Shown here one piece after another: positions 1 to 11,786 of a stretch of DNA of 64,000 nt. The translations under genes and the position numbers were made by a program. This DNA is from Camelus dromedarius (taxonomy: Eukaryota). Each line of letters opens with the position of its first letter. Within the stretch, counting starts at the first letter, position 1. The DNA lies in NCBI RefSeq assembly GCF_036321535.1, contig NC_087437.1, positions 13,270,001 through 13,334,000 on the forward strand, read 5' to 3'. Below the pieces are notes generated by a model. The model made no database searches. It saw nothing but the letters and a program-made list of their open reading frames with translations, and had not been told where the DNA came from.

Positions 1-576
1 TAATAATGGCCAACACTTACCGAGCATTCATTCAGGAACATGTGGTGTGTTGTTCTAAGCCTTTCCATGAGCACCTAGCACAGTGCTTAACGCATAAGCA
101 TTCATTACATGTGCTGAAGACATGTGGAATAGTTGGAGTTCATAAAAATGCCTTTCTTCCTTCAAAGCTCCCAATGAATTGGCAGTTAGGGTTTCCAATT
201 GTTGGCAGAGGTGGTTAAGAGTACAATACATATTTGTGATTTGTTTTCATGCATAATTAAACTACTAATATAATTAATTTCCAAACTTATTAGTTTTTCC
301 TTAGTTTGTAATGCCACCTTAAAAACCTATTTGACTTTTAAAAATTTAGTAGTTTTATGTAATTGTAAGAACACTTCAGTTTTTTTTTTTATTAATGATC
401 AATTTATCTATAGATTTTAAGGATAAAAATCTTCAGACATCCCATTTAGGCAAAAATTAACCCTATTTATACACTTAGTTAAACAGATTCCCTTAAACAT
501 TTCAAACTATACTTACAGCTTACTATTTATAGCCTATAGTCTCAAACATTTCAGACATCTGAAAGGAAAAACTTAC

Positions 577-622
577 GACTTTAACAAGCAAAAATCTAAG
601 CATTTAAGAAATTCGGATAAAT
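577..622 (-). CDS. Internal coding exon (46 nt) of an unidentified minus-strand gene; encodes (H)LSEFLKCLDFCLLK(S)
   Basis: Acceptor cttacctttttAG|ATTTAT and donor AAGTC|GTAAGT. Only one of three frames is open, and it matches the phase-1 end of the 1253-1458 exon (C|AT = His). Confidence 0.7.
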
Positions 623-1252
623 CTAAAAAGGTAAGTCTAAAGATAGACCAAAAGATGATCTATCTTTAGATTTATTTCAAATTGTTTCCTTGGCCTTACT
701 GAATCCCCAACTACATTCTTCGGAACCTAATGATTGGAGTCACAAAATACAAGGCAACGTTCCTGCAGAGTTTAGATCACTCTCTTAGGCGTGCCGTTAT
801 TATTTCTCTTTAAGCTACTTTGTTCTCATTCTTGGGGACTGCTTTGAGAAATTTGAAACTCTTTCATCCCTGCAATTTTGGCTGTTTGTCAGAGCACTAA
901 ATAAGATGCGTGAAGGTGAACATACTTTTTTTTTCATTGTTTCTTTCCTTTTTTTAAACATATACGCTGCCTCTATTTTCATTTGGACAATTTTCATGCA
1001 CTAGATGATAGCAATTTACAAAAGCCTTGGTTCTAGTCTATCCACGCAATCAGCTATTCTTTTTTTCCCCAGCTTTATATCCTTACCACTCTTTTACCTT
1101 CATTTTTCTTTTCCTTGATTCCAATAAAATGTAAATGTCATCACCCTGAATTTTCCTCAGTGGTTTTATGACTTTTCAAGCCAGCGGGCAGGTTTCCAAT
1201 CCATGAATGGACTGTTGGTTGAGAGCATCTGGGGAGAGGGATGGACACTTAC

Positions 1253-1458
1253 GCTGAACAGTCCCTTTCTGATTAGAGTTCTGTAAAACTTGGTTTAAAA
1301 CTTTACCAATAAATTCTTTTTGCACCCAAACAGCAAGTCTTGTATTTAACTCAGAAATAATGTTATCATTCTTAATTTTATCTTCAAGACAAAAATTTGG
1401 TGAATCTAGTGTGTTTGTAGTAGGAATATGGATTCCAGGTGCTATATTAGCAGAATGT
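1253..1458 (-). CDS. Internal coding exon (206 nt) of the same gene; encodes (R)HSANIAPGIHIPTTNTLDSPNFCLEDKIKNDNIISELNTRLAVWVQKEFIGKVLNQVLQNSNQKGTVQ
   Basis: Acceptor tatatatttttaatAG|ACAT and donor CAGC|GTAAGT. It lies inside ORF 1176..1484, is non-repetitive, and is phase 2 in / phase 1 out, matching both neighbouring exons. Confidence 0.75.
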
Positions 1459-2214
1459 CTATTAAAAATATATATAAAGGACATTTGGCTTCGTCTTTCT
1501 AAGGAAAAGCTGACATTGGCCTCTTAGGATCTGGACCTGATAGCTATTATTATTATTGTAAAAACTGCAAGTCAGTGATGGGAAATTAAAAATTAGATGT
1601 GAGACATTCAAAGAGTCTCTTTAGAGAATCCAGTGGAGAGATGCAATGTGGATAGAGCATTCCTTCTCAATATGCAATCTATGTAACTTTGTTTTAAATA
1701 TGTGTTCTAGAAAAGTGCTTTATGACTACTTATGAGCCAGAACATCTAAAGAAAATGAGTAATGAGTAGAGTTACACATTCTGTGCAAATTAGAACTGCA
1801 ACAGTTTAGCTTCAAAAGACAAGATTTTAAAATTTAGGGAACAGTGGAGGGAAAGAATCTCTCCTGGTGAAATAACAGAAAAATGATGCTAGCGAAACCT
1901 AGAGTAATTGATGCCATAATATTGGTTTTGTTCCTGCTCTGGGCCATGGAAGGGAGTTAACATAAGACACTGAGTACAGAAGAATATTCCTAAGGTCTTG
2001 TATGGGATTAGCATAAAGTTGTCATAAGGAATCTCTCCTTTTTAAAATGCTACTGTCTAATGGGCTATTATTGGCACTTGCTATGCTAAGACATTGTGTT
2101 ATATATCAATGCTAGCTTGGAATTACTTAATAATTTATAGTTTACAGTGTATCATCACATACCTTATCTCATTGGAATCTTACACCAGCCGTGGAAGCAC
2201 AGAGGACCGTTGCC

Positions 2215-2340
2215 ATGTGACAGATGAAAAAACTGAAGCTCACAGGGGTTATGTGACTTAATATGGTCATACAGTAGATATGGGCCAGTGCTTTCATTAA
2301 AATCTTAGGCTCTGATTCCTCATCCAGCTGGCTTTCCACC
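2215..2340 (-). mobile_element. MIR SINE fragment
   Basis: cagatgaaaaaactgaagctcacaggggttatgtgactt matches the reverse of the MIR core. Confidence 0.65.
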
Positions 2341-2449
2341 AGCATCCTTTTCTTAAAATAGTAGTTACTGTGGAAAGACTTAAACTGATGGACCAAACTA
2401 TGAAAAAAGAAAAGCATTTCATAATTATGAAGCTCCTACATAAAGCCTA

Positions 2450-2665
2450 TTTTTGGCAAACTGGCTCATGGACCAAATATATCCCACCACCTATTTTTGT
2501 AAATAAAGTTTTATTAGAACACAGCTACTCTCATTTGTTCATAAATTGTCTGTGGTTATTTTAGCCTCAATAGCAGAGATGGAGGTTGCCATAGAGAGTG
2601 TGGCCTTGTGAAGTCTAAAATATCTACTATCTAACCTTTTACAGATGAAATTTCTCACCCACTGC
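2450..2665 (-). mobile_element. MER58A (hAT-Charlie MITE)
   Basis: ggcaaact...tttttgtaaataaagttttattagaacacagc...aaaatatctactatct matches the reverse of the MER58A consensus. Confidence 0.8.
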
Positions 2666-3169
2666 TATCATTATCTAAATGGTATAGCGTCCCTTCGTGC
2701 ATATTATGTGAGTTAATATTTACTTTTAAGGGAGTTATTCAATTTTTATAATACGAGACCATGAGAAAATGTTTTCTGACTTAATTCAATGAGACTTTGA
2801 GGATCCAACTGTGGAGAATGTTGTAAACATGTATGATTTATGATCATAATGATAGCAAGTAACATCTATTGACCTGACTTCAAGATTCAAACTGGTAAAA
2901 TGATGTCAAACATCACATGAGTAGAATTAATAGACTGTAAATTAGAATTAAATGGTTGTCTTTGATAAGGTTACCACACACTTATTGTCTGGAGACCTTT
3001 CTGACTTACAAGAACATGCTGGGAACATCACTATCAGGCCCAGCAAACATCTGCCATCTTAATTTCCAAAAGTCAGGTGTTGAAAAAAATCCCAACAATT
3101 ACATCGTGGCTGTTGGGGGGTTGAGATTGAGAAGAGACCACTTCTCTAGGTTTTCCTTCACCTCCTCCC

Positions 3170-3360
3170 ATGATAAGCACCTACCACAAGTCAAGGCATG
3201 CTTAGGTGGTTTAACATGCATTATCTCATTCAATCACCCCCATGCCCTGTTATAGAGAAAATCAAGGCATCGGATACACACAGCAAATCCTTAAGCTCAC
3301 ACAGCCGGCATGGCAGAGCTGGATCTGGGCCCAGAGAATTCTAACTCCAAGTCCAGTACC
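3170..3360 (-). mobile_element. MIR SINE
   Basis: aagcacctac...catgcattatctcattcaatc...ggcagagctggatctgggcccag...ctaactccaag. Confidence 0.7.
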
Positions 3361-3449
3361 CCTCAGAGGAGGATGTCTGCCCAGGTCACCTGGTTGACTT
3401 CCATCAGTCTACTGGAATCTCGCAGACCAGCTTACACGTTCTTCTTTTC

Positions 3450-6400
3450 TATCTTTGGAAAAATGTCTGTTCAGATCCTTTGCACATATTTTATTCAGAT
3501 TGTTCGTTTTTTCTGGTTGAGTTGTATGAGTTCTTTTTTGTTTTGGTTTGTTTTTGTTTTTTGGTGGGTAGAGGTAATTAGGTTTATTTATTTATTCATT
3601 CATTCATTCATTCATTCTTAAAGGTATTAATGGATGGGGATTGAACCCAGGACCTCATACATGCTAACCATGCACTCTACCACTTGAGCTATACTCTGTC
3701 CCCTTGTATGAGTTGTTTATACTTTGGATATTAACCCGTTATGAGATATATGATTTGCAAATATCTTTTCCCATTTAGCAGGCTGACTTTTTGTTTTGAT
3801 GATGGTTTCCCTTGCTGTGCAGAAGTGTTTTAGTTTGATGTAGTCCCAGTTGTTTATTTTTGCTTTTGTTTCCCTTCCTTTTGGAGTCAGATCCACAAAA
3901 ATATTGCTAAGACTGACATCAAGACATTACTGCCAGTGTTTTCTTCTAGAAATTATATGGTTTCAGCTCTTACATTTAAATCATTAATCCATTTTGGGTT
4001 AATTTTTTGAAGAGAGTGATCTAGTTTCATTCTTTTGCAAGTGGCTGGCCAGTTTTCCCATCACAATTTATTGAAGAGACTATCCTTTCTTCATTTTATG
4101 TTCTTTGTTTCTCCATTGTAAATTAATTGTCCATATATTTGTGAGTTTATTTCTGGGCTCTCAATTCTGTCCCATAAATCTGTTTTGTTTGTTTTTTTTC
4201 TTCCTGCCAGTACAGCAGTTTAGTATGGTTTGAAATCAGGGAGCTAGATAGGCCCAGCTTTGTTCTTCTTTCTCAAGTTTTTTTCTTTTTTTTCTTTTTT
4301 TTTTTTTTTACTATTCATAATCTTTTGTGGTTCCAGACAAATTCTAGAATTTTTTGTTCTGGTTCTTTGAAATCTGCCATTGGAATTTTGACAAGGATTA
4401 TGTTGAATTTGTAGATTGGTTTGGGTAGTATGGCCATTTTAACAATATTAATTCCTCCAATGCATGAACACAAAATATCTTTCCATTTACTTATATCTTC
4501 TTACTTTAATCAGTCTTATAGTTTTCACTATACTGATCTTTCACCTCTTTGGCTAAGTTTATTCTTAGATATTTTATTCTTTTTGATGCAATTGTAAATG
4601 AGACTGTTTTCTGAATTTTTCTTTTTGATAATTTACTAGTGTATAGAAAAGCCACAAACATCTTCATTTTGATTTTGTATTCTGAAACTTTGTTGAATTC
4701 ATTAATTAGTTCTAATAATTTTTTTTTTTTGGTGGAGTCTTTAGGGTTTTCTAGATATAGTATCATGTTAGCTACAAAAAAGTGGCAGTTTTACTTCTTC
4801 TTTTCCAACTTGGATGACTTTTATTTCTTTTTGTTGCCTAATTGCTGTGACCAGAACTTCTAATACTATGTTAAATAAAAGTGGCAATAGTAGGCAATCT
4901 TGCCTTGTTCCTGACTTTAGGGGAAAAACTTTCAGCTTATCACCACTGAGTATGATGTTAACTGTGGGTTTGTCATATACAGCCTTTGTTTTTTGGGGAT
5001 ATATACCATCTATGCCCATTTTATTGAGAGTTTTTTTTAATCATAAATTAATGTTGAATTTTGTCTGAAACTTTTTCTGCATCTATTAAGATGAGCATAT
5101 GATTTTTATTCTTTTTATTCAATTTGTTAATATGGTGTATCATCCTGATTGATTGGTGGGTACTGAACCATCCTTGCCTCCCCAGAATAAATCCTACTTG
5201 ATCATCGTGCATGATCCTTTTAATGTACTGTTGGATTTGGTTTGCTAACATTTTGTTGAAGATCTTGCTTTTATGTCCATCAAAGATATTGACAAGTAAT
5301 TTTTTTGTGTGTGTGGTTTTCTTGCCTGGTATTTGTATCAGGGTAATAATACTGGCTTCATAAAATGTATTTGGATGGTTTCCTTCATTTTCAATTTTTT
5401 GGAAGAGTCTGAGAAAGACAGGTATTAAATCTTCTTTAAATGATTTATAGAGCTCACCTGTGACATAATCCGATCCTAGGCTTTTGTATATTGGGAGATT
5501 TTTGATTACTGTTTTAATCTCCTTACTAGCAATTAGTCTATTTAGTTTTCTTTTTCTTTGATTCAGTCTTGGAAATTTATACATTTCAAGGAGTTTATCC
5601 ATTTATTTTATGTTGTCCAGTAGGTTGGCATATGATTGTTCCTAGAAGTCTCTTATGAATCTTTGCTTTTCTATAGTAACAGTTGAAACTTCTCCTTTTT
5701 CACCTCCGATTTTATTTATTTGTGTCCTATCTCTTTTTTGCTTTGTCACTGTAGCTAAAGATTTGTCAGTTTTGTTTGTCTTTTCAAAGAACCAGCTCTT
5801 AGTTTCATTGATCTTTTCTATTGTTTTTTAGTCTCTCTTTCATTTATTTCTGCTCTGATTTTTATTATTTCCTTCCTTCTAATAAGTTTGGGCTTTGTTC
5901 TTTTTAATCTAGTTTTTTAGGTGTAAAGTTAGATTGCTTATTTGGAATTTTTCTTGTTTCCTGAGCTAGGTCTGTATTGTCATGACCTCTCTTAGAACCA
6001 CTTTTGCTGCATCCCATAGATTTTGGCATGTTCTATTTCTGTTTTCATCCACCTCAGGTATTTTTAAATTTCTTCTTTGATTTCTTTCATAATCCATTGG
6101 TTGTTCAGTAGCATGTTGTTCAGTCTCCGTATTTTGGTGTTGGTTTTTTTTTCTAGAGATTGATTTCTAGTTTCATACCATTATGGTAAGAGAAGATGCT
6201 TGGTATAATTTTAGTATTCTTGAATTTATTGAGACTTGTTTTGTGGCCTAACATGTGGTCTATCCTGGAGAATGTTCCATGTGCCCTTGAGAACGATATG
6301 CATTCTGCTGTTTTGTGATGGAATGCTTTATATATTTCTATTAAGTCCATTTGGTCTAATGTGTTGTTTAATTCTGTAGTTTTCTTATCAATGTTCTGTC

Positions 6401-7240
6401 TGGATGATATATTCATTGATGTTAAGTGGAGTGTTAAAGTTCCCTACAGTTATTGTATTGCTTTAAATGTCATCCTTTTAAGTCCCTTAATATTTGTTTT
6501 ATATCTCTTGGTGCTCCTCTATTCGGTGCGTATACATTAGTAAATGTTGTATCTTCTTGCCTGCTTGACCCCATTATCATTATGTAATGTCATTGTCTTT
6601 TATTATAGCCTTTGTTTTAAAGTCTATTTTGTTTGATATAAATATAGCTAATCCAGCTTTCTTTTTATTCCATTTGCATGGAATATCTTTTTCCACCCCT
6701 TTACTTTCAGACATTGTGTTTTGTTTTTTTCCTTTGACAGTGAGTCTTCTGTAGGCAGTATATAGATGGTTATTTTTTATCCATTCAGCCACTCTCTGTC
6801 TTTTGATTGGCAGATTCAGTCTATTTACATTTAAAGTAATTATTGATGGCTATGTACTTACTGCTTTTTTCTTAATTCTTTTCTGGCTTTTTTGTATTTC
6901 CTCTCTGTTTCTTTCTTTTGCTCTCTCTCTCCCCTTGTGTTTGGGTACCAGATATGAAGTTTGAATCACTCACTCCTCAGGGGAAAGATCTGGGCCTTTG
7001 TGATTCCTCCTAATCGTGGATCACTGTGGGTGGTATGTGGATTCTTCCTTGGTGAGCTTTTATCTCTGTCTGTCCTACCCTTTCTAAGCTGTCCTTTTAC
7101 CCTTTATTGTGGAAGCTCTGTTCATCCAGTTTTCAGATCCCTTTCTAAGGGAATTATTCCATATATTATTGCAGACATTTTATGTCCATAGCAGGACATG
7201 AGTTCAGAATCTTCCTACATCATCATCTTGAATACTTCCT
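3450..7240 (-). mobile_element. Degenerate LINE-1: 5'UTR start + inter-ORF spacer + ORF2 (EN/RT) remnants; ORF1 and 3' end absent
   Basis: Frameshifted ORF2 peptides: 6580..6792 and 6153..6416 (endonuclease, GTFSRIDHMLGHK), 5048..5602, 4768..5019 and 4506..4766 (RT, DQVGFI, GTRQDC, KYLRINL). L1 5' start ttcaagatga...taggaagattctgaactca ends at about 7232. Confidence 0.9.
3533..3703 (-). mobile_element. Camelid tRNA-derived SINE (vic-1 type) inserted in the L1
   Basis: Reverse reads GGGGACAGAGTATAGCTCAAGTGGTAGAG...GGTTCAATCCCC (A/B boxes), then aataaacctaattacctc and an A-rich tail. Perfect 11-bp TSD ttgtatgagtt at 3522-3532 and 3704-3714. Confidence 0.9.
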
Positions 7241-7249
7241 ATGCTTTTA

Positions 7250-7740
7250 CACATTTACAAGTATTTATCTATAAATAATGCATGAAATTGTGCATGTTTT
7301 AAAAAAATTTACACAAATGCCATCATATTGTATATTTTCCATAATTTACTTTTTTAACTTATCTTTTTGAGATATACTCTTATTAATATATATAGCTACA
7401 TAGGTAACTCCTTTTAACTGATAGTATACTTTTGTATGAATTTAAAATGCTTCACTTACCCATTTCCATAGTGATACTAACTTAGGTGATTTTGAATTTT
7501 TGATTGTGTAAAACATCCTAGCACAGGTTCTTTTACTCTAAAGTGTGGCCCCTTCTTTAAATTATACACCCCAAAATGGAATTGTTGGGGTGTAGGATAT
7601 GGCATCTTCAATTTTACTAGATCCCGCCAAGTTGCCCTTTAGAGTAGTTGTACCAGTTGATACTCCTTCCAGCAGTACAAGGTGAGAGTGTTCATGTCTT
7701 CACTCCAGCCAGTACTTGCTATTGCCTAAGTTTAGCTATC
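7250..7740 (-). mobile_element. Old L1ME-type 3' fragment
   Basis: Degraded L1 3' motifs such as atacaccccaaaatggaattgttggg and tactccttccagcagt. Confidence 0.6.
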
Positions 7741-8269
7741 TTTGAATGAGGATATTTACTTCCACAGTTACTTGTCAGTATCTTAAGGGAGGCATGCTTT
7801 ACTTATTTTTTTTTAACATAAAAAAACATATGGCTAATCTATACTGCACTTGATATTTACAGATTAGCCAATTGCCTACTGTATCCACTATCAACAGGTC
7901 TATGGTCTATTGAAGTAGGCAGATGGCACCCATATCACTCTGAGTGGAATTGTTCATATTGTCTCAGACTATCTTAAACAAGGCAGTATAAAACCCCGCC
8001 CACAGAATAGGATGTGAACAATTTGCTTTGGAGCTAGGAATGAGATAACTCACAGGCTATTATAACACAATTAAGAATATTTAATCATCAGAACTAATCT
8101 ATTAAAAATTTAGCTCATGTATATAAGGAATTTGTTATGGGTACCTCTTTATTTAGACTACTCATAGCTGTTGGTATTAACATAGAATCAGTTTCCCTGC
8201 TTCTGTCCCATCCCACCCTCCAGAGAATTATCATTTTTAATTTTTTTCCTCTGATTTATATCCAAATTC

Positions 8270-8775
8270 ACTCTCTCACCTGAATTCTCTTTATCAGTAT
8301 GTAACAATACTCATATCTTAGCCATCTTTTAAAATGTTCTCTTTTACTCCCATATCTCCAACCAGGGTCTTCATATCCTTTACCATCAAACTTCTCTAAA
8401 CGGTGTCCTCCTTCTCAATGGACTACTTTGTGGCTGTGATTCCAATCACTCCACGGAACCATGTCTTACCAGTGACTTAGTATTGCTTGATCCAATGGAC
8501 ATCACATCAGTCCTCATCTAACATCTCTGCAGCATCCTAATTACTGACTTTTTCCTTCTAATAGAAATCTTGGCTTCAGTTGGCACTAAAAGTTGTACTT
8601 GAATCCTCCTTCTTCTCTGAACCTATCCTATAAACTCTACCCTGTTGATTTTACCTCCTTTGTGCTGCTCACTTCTGCCCACCTAGTGCCATTTCCTCAA
8701 CCTCACACTTTTCAGTCTTTTTCACTGACCATTGCAAAAGCTTCCCAACTCATAGTGCATGTTAATTTTTCTTCT
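8270..8775 (+). mobile_element. L2 fragment
   Basis: cactccacggaaccatgtcttaccagtgac...tccaatggacatc...ctctgcagcat is typical of the L2 ORF. Confidence 0.6.
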
Positions 8776-8781
8776 TGGCAT

Positions 8782-9231
8782 TGTATTAGTTTGCTGCTGT
8801 GACAAATAACCACAAACTTAATGACTTACAATAATACAAAATTATTATCTTACTCTTCTGGACTTCAGTAGTCCTAAAATCAAGGCATTAGCAGGACTGC
8901 ATTCCTTCCGGAAGCTCTGGGAGAGAATTTGTTTCCTGGCCTTTTCCAGCTTCTAGAGTCCATTTGCATTCCTTGGTTCTAGCTCCTTCTTTGTCAATCC
9001 TTGTTTTCTTTATTACATCTCCTTCACTAACTCTGACCTTCATACGTCTCTCTGATGAAGTCCCTTCTGATTACATTGGAGCTGCATGAATAATCCAGGA
9101 TTCTTTCCCATCTCAAAATCCTTAACATAATCACATCTGCAAAGTCCCTTTGGGTATGTAAATTACCATATTTACAGGTTCCAAGGATTGGAATGTGAAC
9201 ACCTTTGGAAGATCGTTATCTGTCTACCACA
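8782..9231 (-). mobile_element. MaLR solo LTR (MLT1D-like), inserted in L2
   Basis: Termini tgtattagtttgctgctgtgacaaataaccacaaact...ctaccaca; internal taatcacatctgcaaagtccctt. Confidence 0.85.
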
Positions 9232-9269
9232 GAAACGCTCCTCCCCTCCCCTCTTCTCCTTCCTCCATT

Positions 9270-9512
9270 TGTTAACTCTCACTGAGCCTTCCAATCTCAG
9301 CTCAGGTGACACACTCTAAATCCCTCTTCTTCAGAGTCAAGTTTGCCTGTTAGAACTAGAAATACCCTCAATTTTGTATTTGATTGATCAGTGTCCATTC
9401 ACCCCACTAGTCAGTAGGCTTTATGAAAGTAGGAACCACATTGGTTTTGTTTGCTGATTTGTCTTGACACCCAGCAGAATACCTGAAATATGCCTTCAGT
9501 GACTGAATGAAC
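9270..9512 (+). mobile_element. L2 3' end
   Basis: ccccactagtcagtaggctttatgaaagtaggaacc...cccagcagaatacctg...tgaatgaa. Confidence 0.65.
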
Positions 9513-9534
9513 AGCTAGGCTCAGAACAGATGGG

Positions 9535-9974
9535 GCTTAGGTCCAGATTCCCAGAAAATAGATGATGAGATAGAATAGCATGCATCGGGTTTATTGGTGT
9601 GTGACCTTGGATCAGCACTGTGGGAGAGGACAGAAACAAGACTGGCTGCCATGTAGCAACAAAGGCCTCTCCTCATCCCATGGGATCACTGAAGCAGGAA
9701 TAGCCTTTGCAAGGCATCTCAAATCAAAGGACTAGGGCTAGGCCTTCCCACCCCTTGAGTCAACTAGTCATTTGATGTGAACTGCCTCCATGAAAGGGCT
9801 GTAATTTTGAGTAAGGCAGGGGAAGGGATTAGGTAAAGCAACTCTCTTCGGCCAAGGACACTTTTTGGAGAGGAAATCCAAAAGTGTGTCATCAGCAGCC
9901 AAAATTCACTGAGTCTGGAGAATCAGTGGTTCAGTCGTGCCTGAAGGTCCAATGGCATACCATAGTGCCCACTA
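9535..9974 (-). mobile_element. ERVL solo LTR (LTR16A-like)
   Basis: cttaggtccagattcccagaaa...gggtttattgg (polyA signal on minus)...ctctcttcggccaaggaca...ccatagtgcccacta. Confidence 0.7.
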
Positions 9975-10056
9975 GCAAATAGCCTTTTTCCTTTGGAGTA
10001 CCAAAGAGTTTCATTAAATGTGCTGCAAATAAGAGACAGGTCTTCAAATTTCTTAC

Positions 10057-10150
10057 CTTTCAGGAGATGTTATGCTGTGTTTACAGAAACTATACTTGGT
10101 TCTACAATTTGGATTTGATTTGTTACAAAACACAAACATTTTTCTTTTGA
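10057..10150 (-). CDS. Upstream exon of the same gene; ATG at 10139 gives MFVFCNKSNPNCRTKYSFCKHSITSPE(R)
   Basis: Donor GAAAG|GTAAGA, phase 2, joins 1458 as AG|A = Arg. A T-tract is followed by two candidate acceptors (ctaAG|10159, ttaAG|10150). An in-frame TAA at 10154-10152 lies between them. Confidence 0.6.
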
Positions 10151-11762
10151 CTTAAGATACTTAGGTTTACAGAAAAAAAATATTCTTTTGTGAAAGTTAA
10201 AATAATTGAAATGTGTTTAGAGAAAATAAATCTTTTACTTGCTCCAAAAATAATGCAAAAATAACAGAACATTTCTTCCATGCTATTCCATGCTATGATT
10301 TTCAGATTCCCACTTTTTTTTTTTCTCAAGTCCACATGAAACTATCTTATTAAGATAAATGATAAATGACATTATTCCAACTATGGCAGTATTGATAATC
10401 TCAGAATAAACTGTTATTTATTTCTGAAAATTTAGCTCATCATAAATTGAAGTTTTATTATTTCTTGTTTCCTGTTAAAAATAATTTTGCAGTTCTTTTT
10501 ATCACTTGATTTTGGAAATGGTATATGTTCTAGAAATTTATTTTGAAGTCTGACCAAAACAGTTAAATGACATTTAATGCATCTTTGATGAAAATTATAA
10601 AAAGTGAAACTTGTAAAAAGAGGAGAGTTTCCTTTAAGAATAATTAACTCAGAAAATAAATTAGAGAACAGATGCAGGAATTACATGTTTCTTTTTTTTC
10701 CCAAAGGAGAGAGGAGGATCAGACTATATATTGCTTTATCAAAAATGAAGACCTACAGAAGGGCATAAAGTCAGAGTAGAAGAAGGGTATTCTAAAACCA
10801 TAGGATAGAAAAAAATTAGAAAGCCTTTGTAGATATAACCATTAAAACATTTCTTGGGAAATGGTAGATTTAAATGTAAAGGTGCCCATAAAAATAAAAG
10901 GTTAGTACACCAATCAGTGAGCTGCTAACCAAGAACATCTGGGAATTTAGGATCTAATTAGAAATGATTAGCATAATGTGGGAAAAGCTCTTGTGTGTGG
11001 CCGTGTGGCAAACGGGAGAGAAATGGGTAATTATATCAAGGCAGAAACAGTAATGTTGATTGCAAATCAGTTATTTTCAAATGTAAAAGTTGCCCATCCC
11101 AAGAAGCTCTGTTTGGTTAAACAAACATCGAGTGTCTATTACTGAGTTCTGATTTTTCTGCTGGACGGGTGGCTGCAAGATCCAGGCAGAGCCAAGGAGA
11201 ATCAATCAAGTTAAACTTCAGTATGTTTGTTGAAACCAAAGATGATGCTAACCATTTCCATAGCAGTAAGACCCCAGTGTTTTAATTGAATATCACACGA
11301 AACATTTCCACCTTTTGTGCTGTAACCTTGTGAAGCAGAAAATGTTAAATTACATGTGAACACATGACCACATTTATAAATAAAGCAAACATTTTGAATT
11401 TGTTTTTCTTACTAAATACTGAAATATATAGATGATTACAGCCACTAAACAATAGATAAAGTTTATCATTTCAATCCACTTAAACAAAGGTAAAGTAAAA
11501 TGCATTTTTACTTTTTTTTCTGTTACAAAAGCACTTGTTTAATTCTTAAACCTAGATGTTTTACTCTAATTATTATACTTTCTTAATATATGTTTTGCAC
11601 AAATGTGGATCAAAGAATAGGACATTTTAAGGACATTTAATGGTTATTAAATATAACTATTACTAAACTGCTTTCCCAAAAACTCTATTAATAACATATA
11701 TAGCTACCAGGAAAATGTTAAAGTATTGTGTATCGTCTTTCTGGCCATAAAGTGTAATATGA

Positions 11763-11786
11763 TGTGTGTGTGTGTGTGTGTGTGTG
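11763..11786. repeat. (TG)12 microsatellite
   Basis: Read directly. Confidence 0.95.

Noticed and set aside
4506..6792. RT/endonuclease ORFs as an active retroelement or domesticated gene
   Set aside because: Multiple frameshifts and stops; an ordinary dead L1. The same applies to ORFs at 13.6-14.7, 26.2-26.7, 29.2-30.1 and 38.5-39.7 kb and their antisense hydrophobic shadows.
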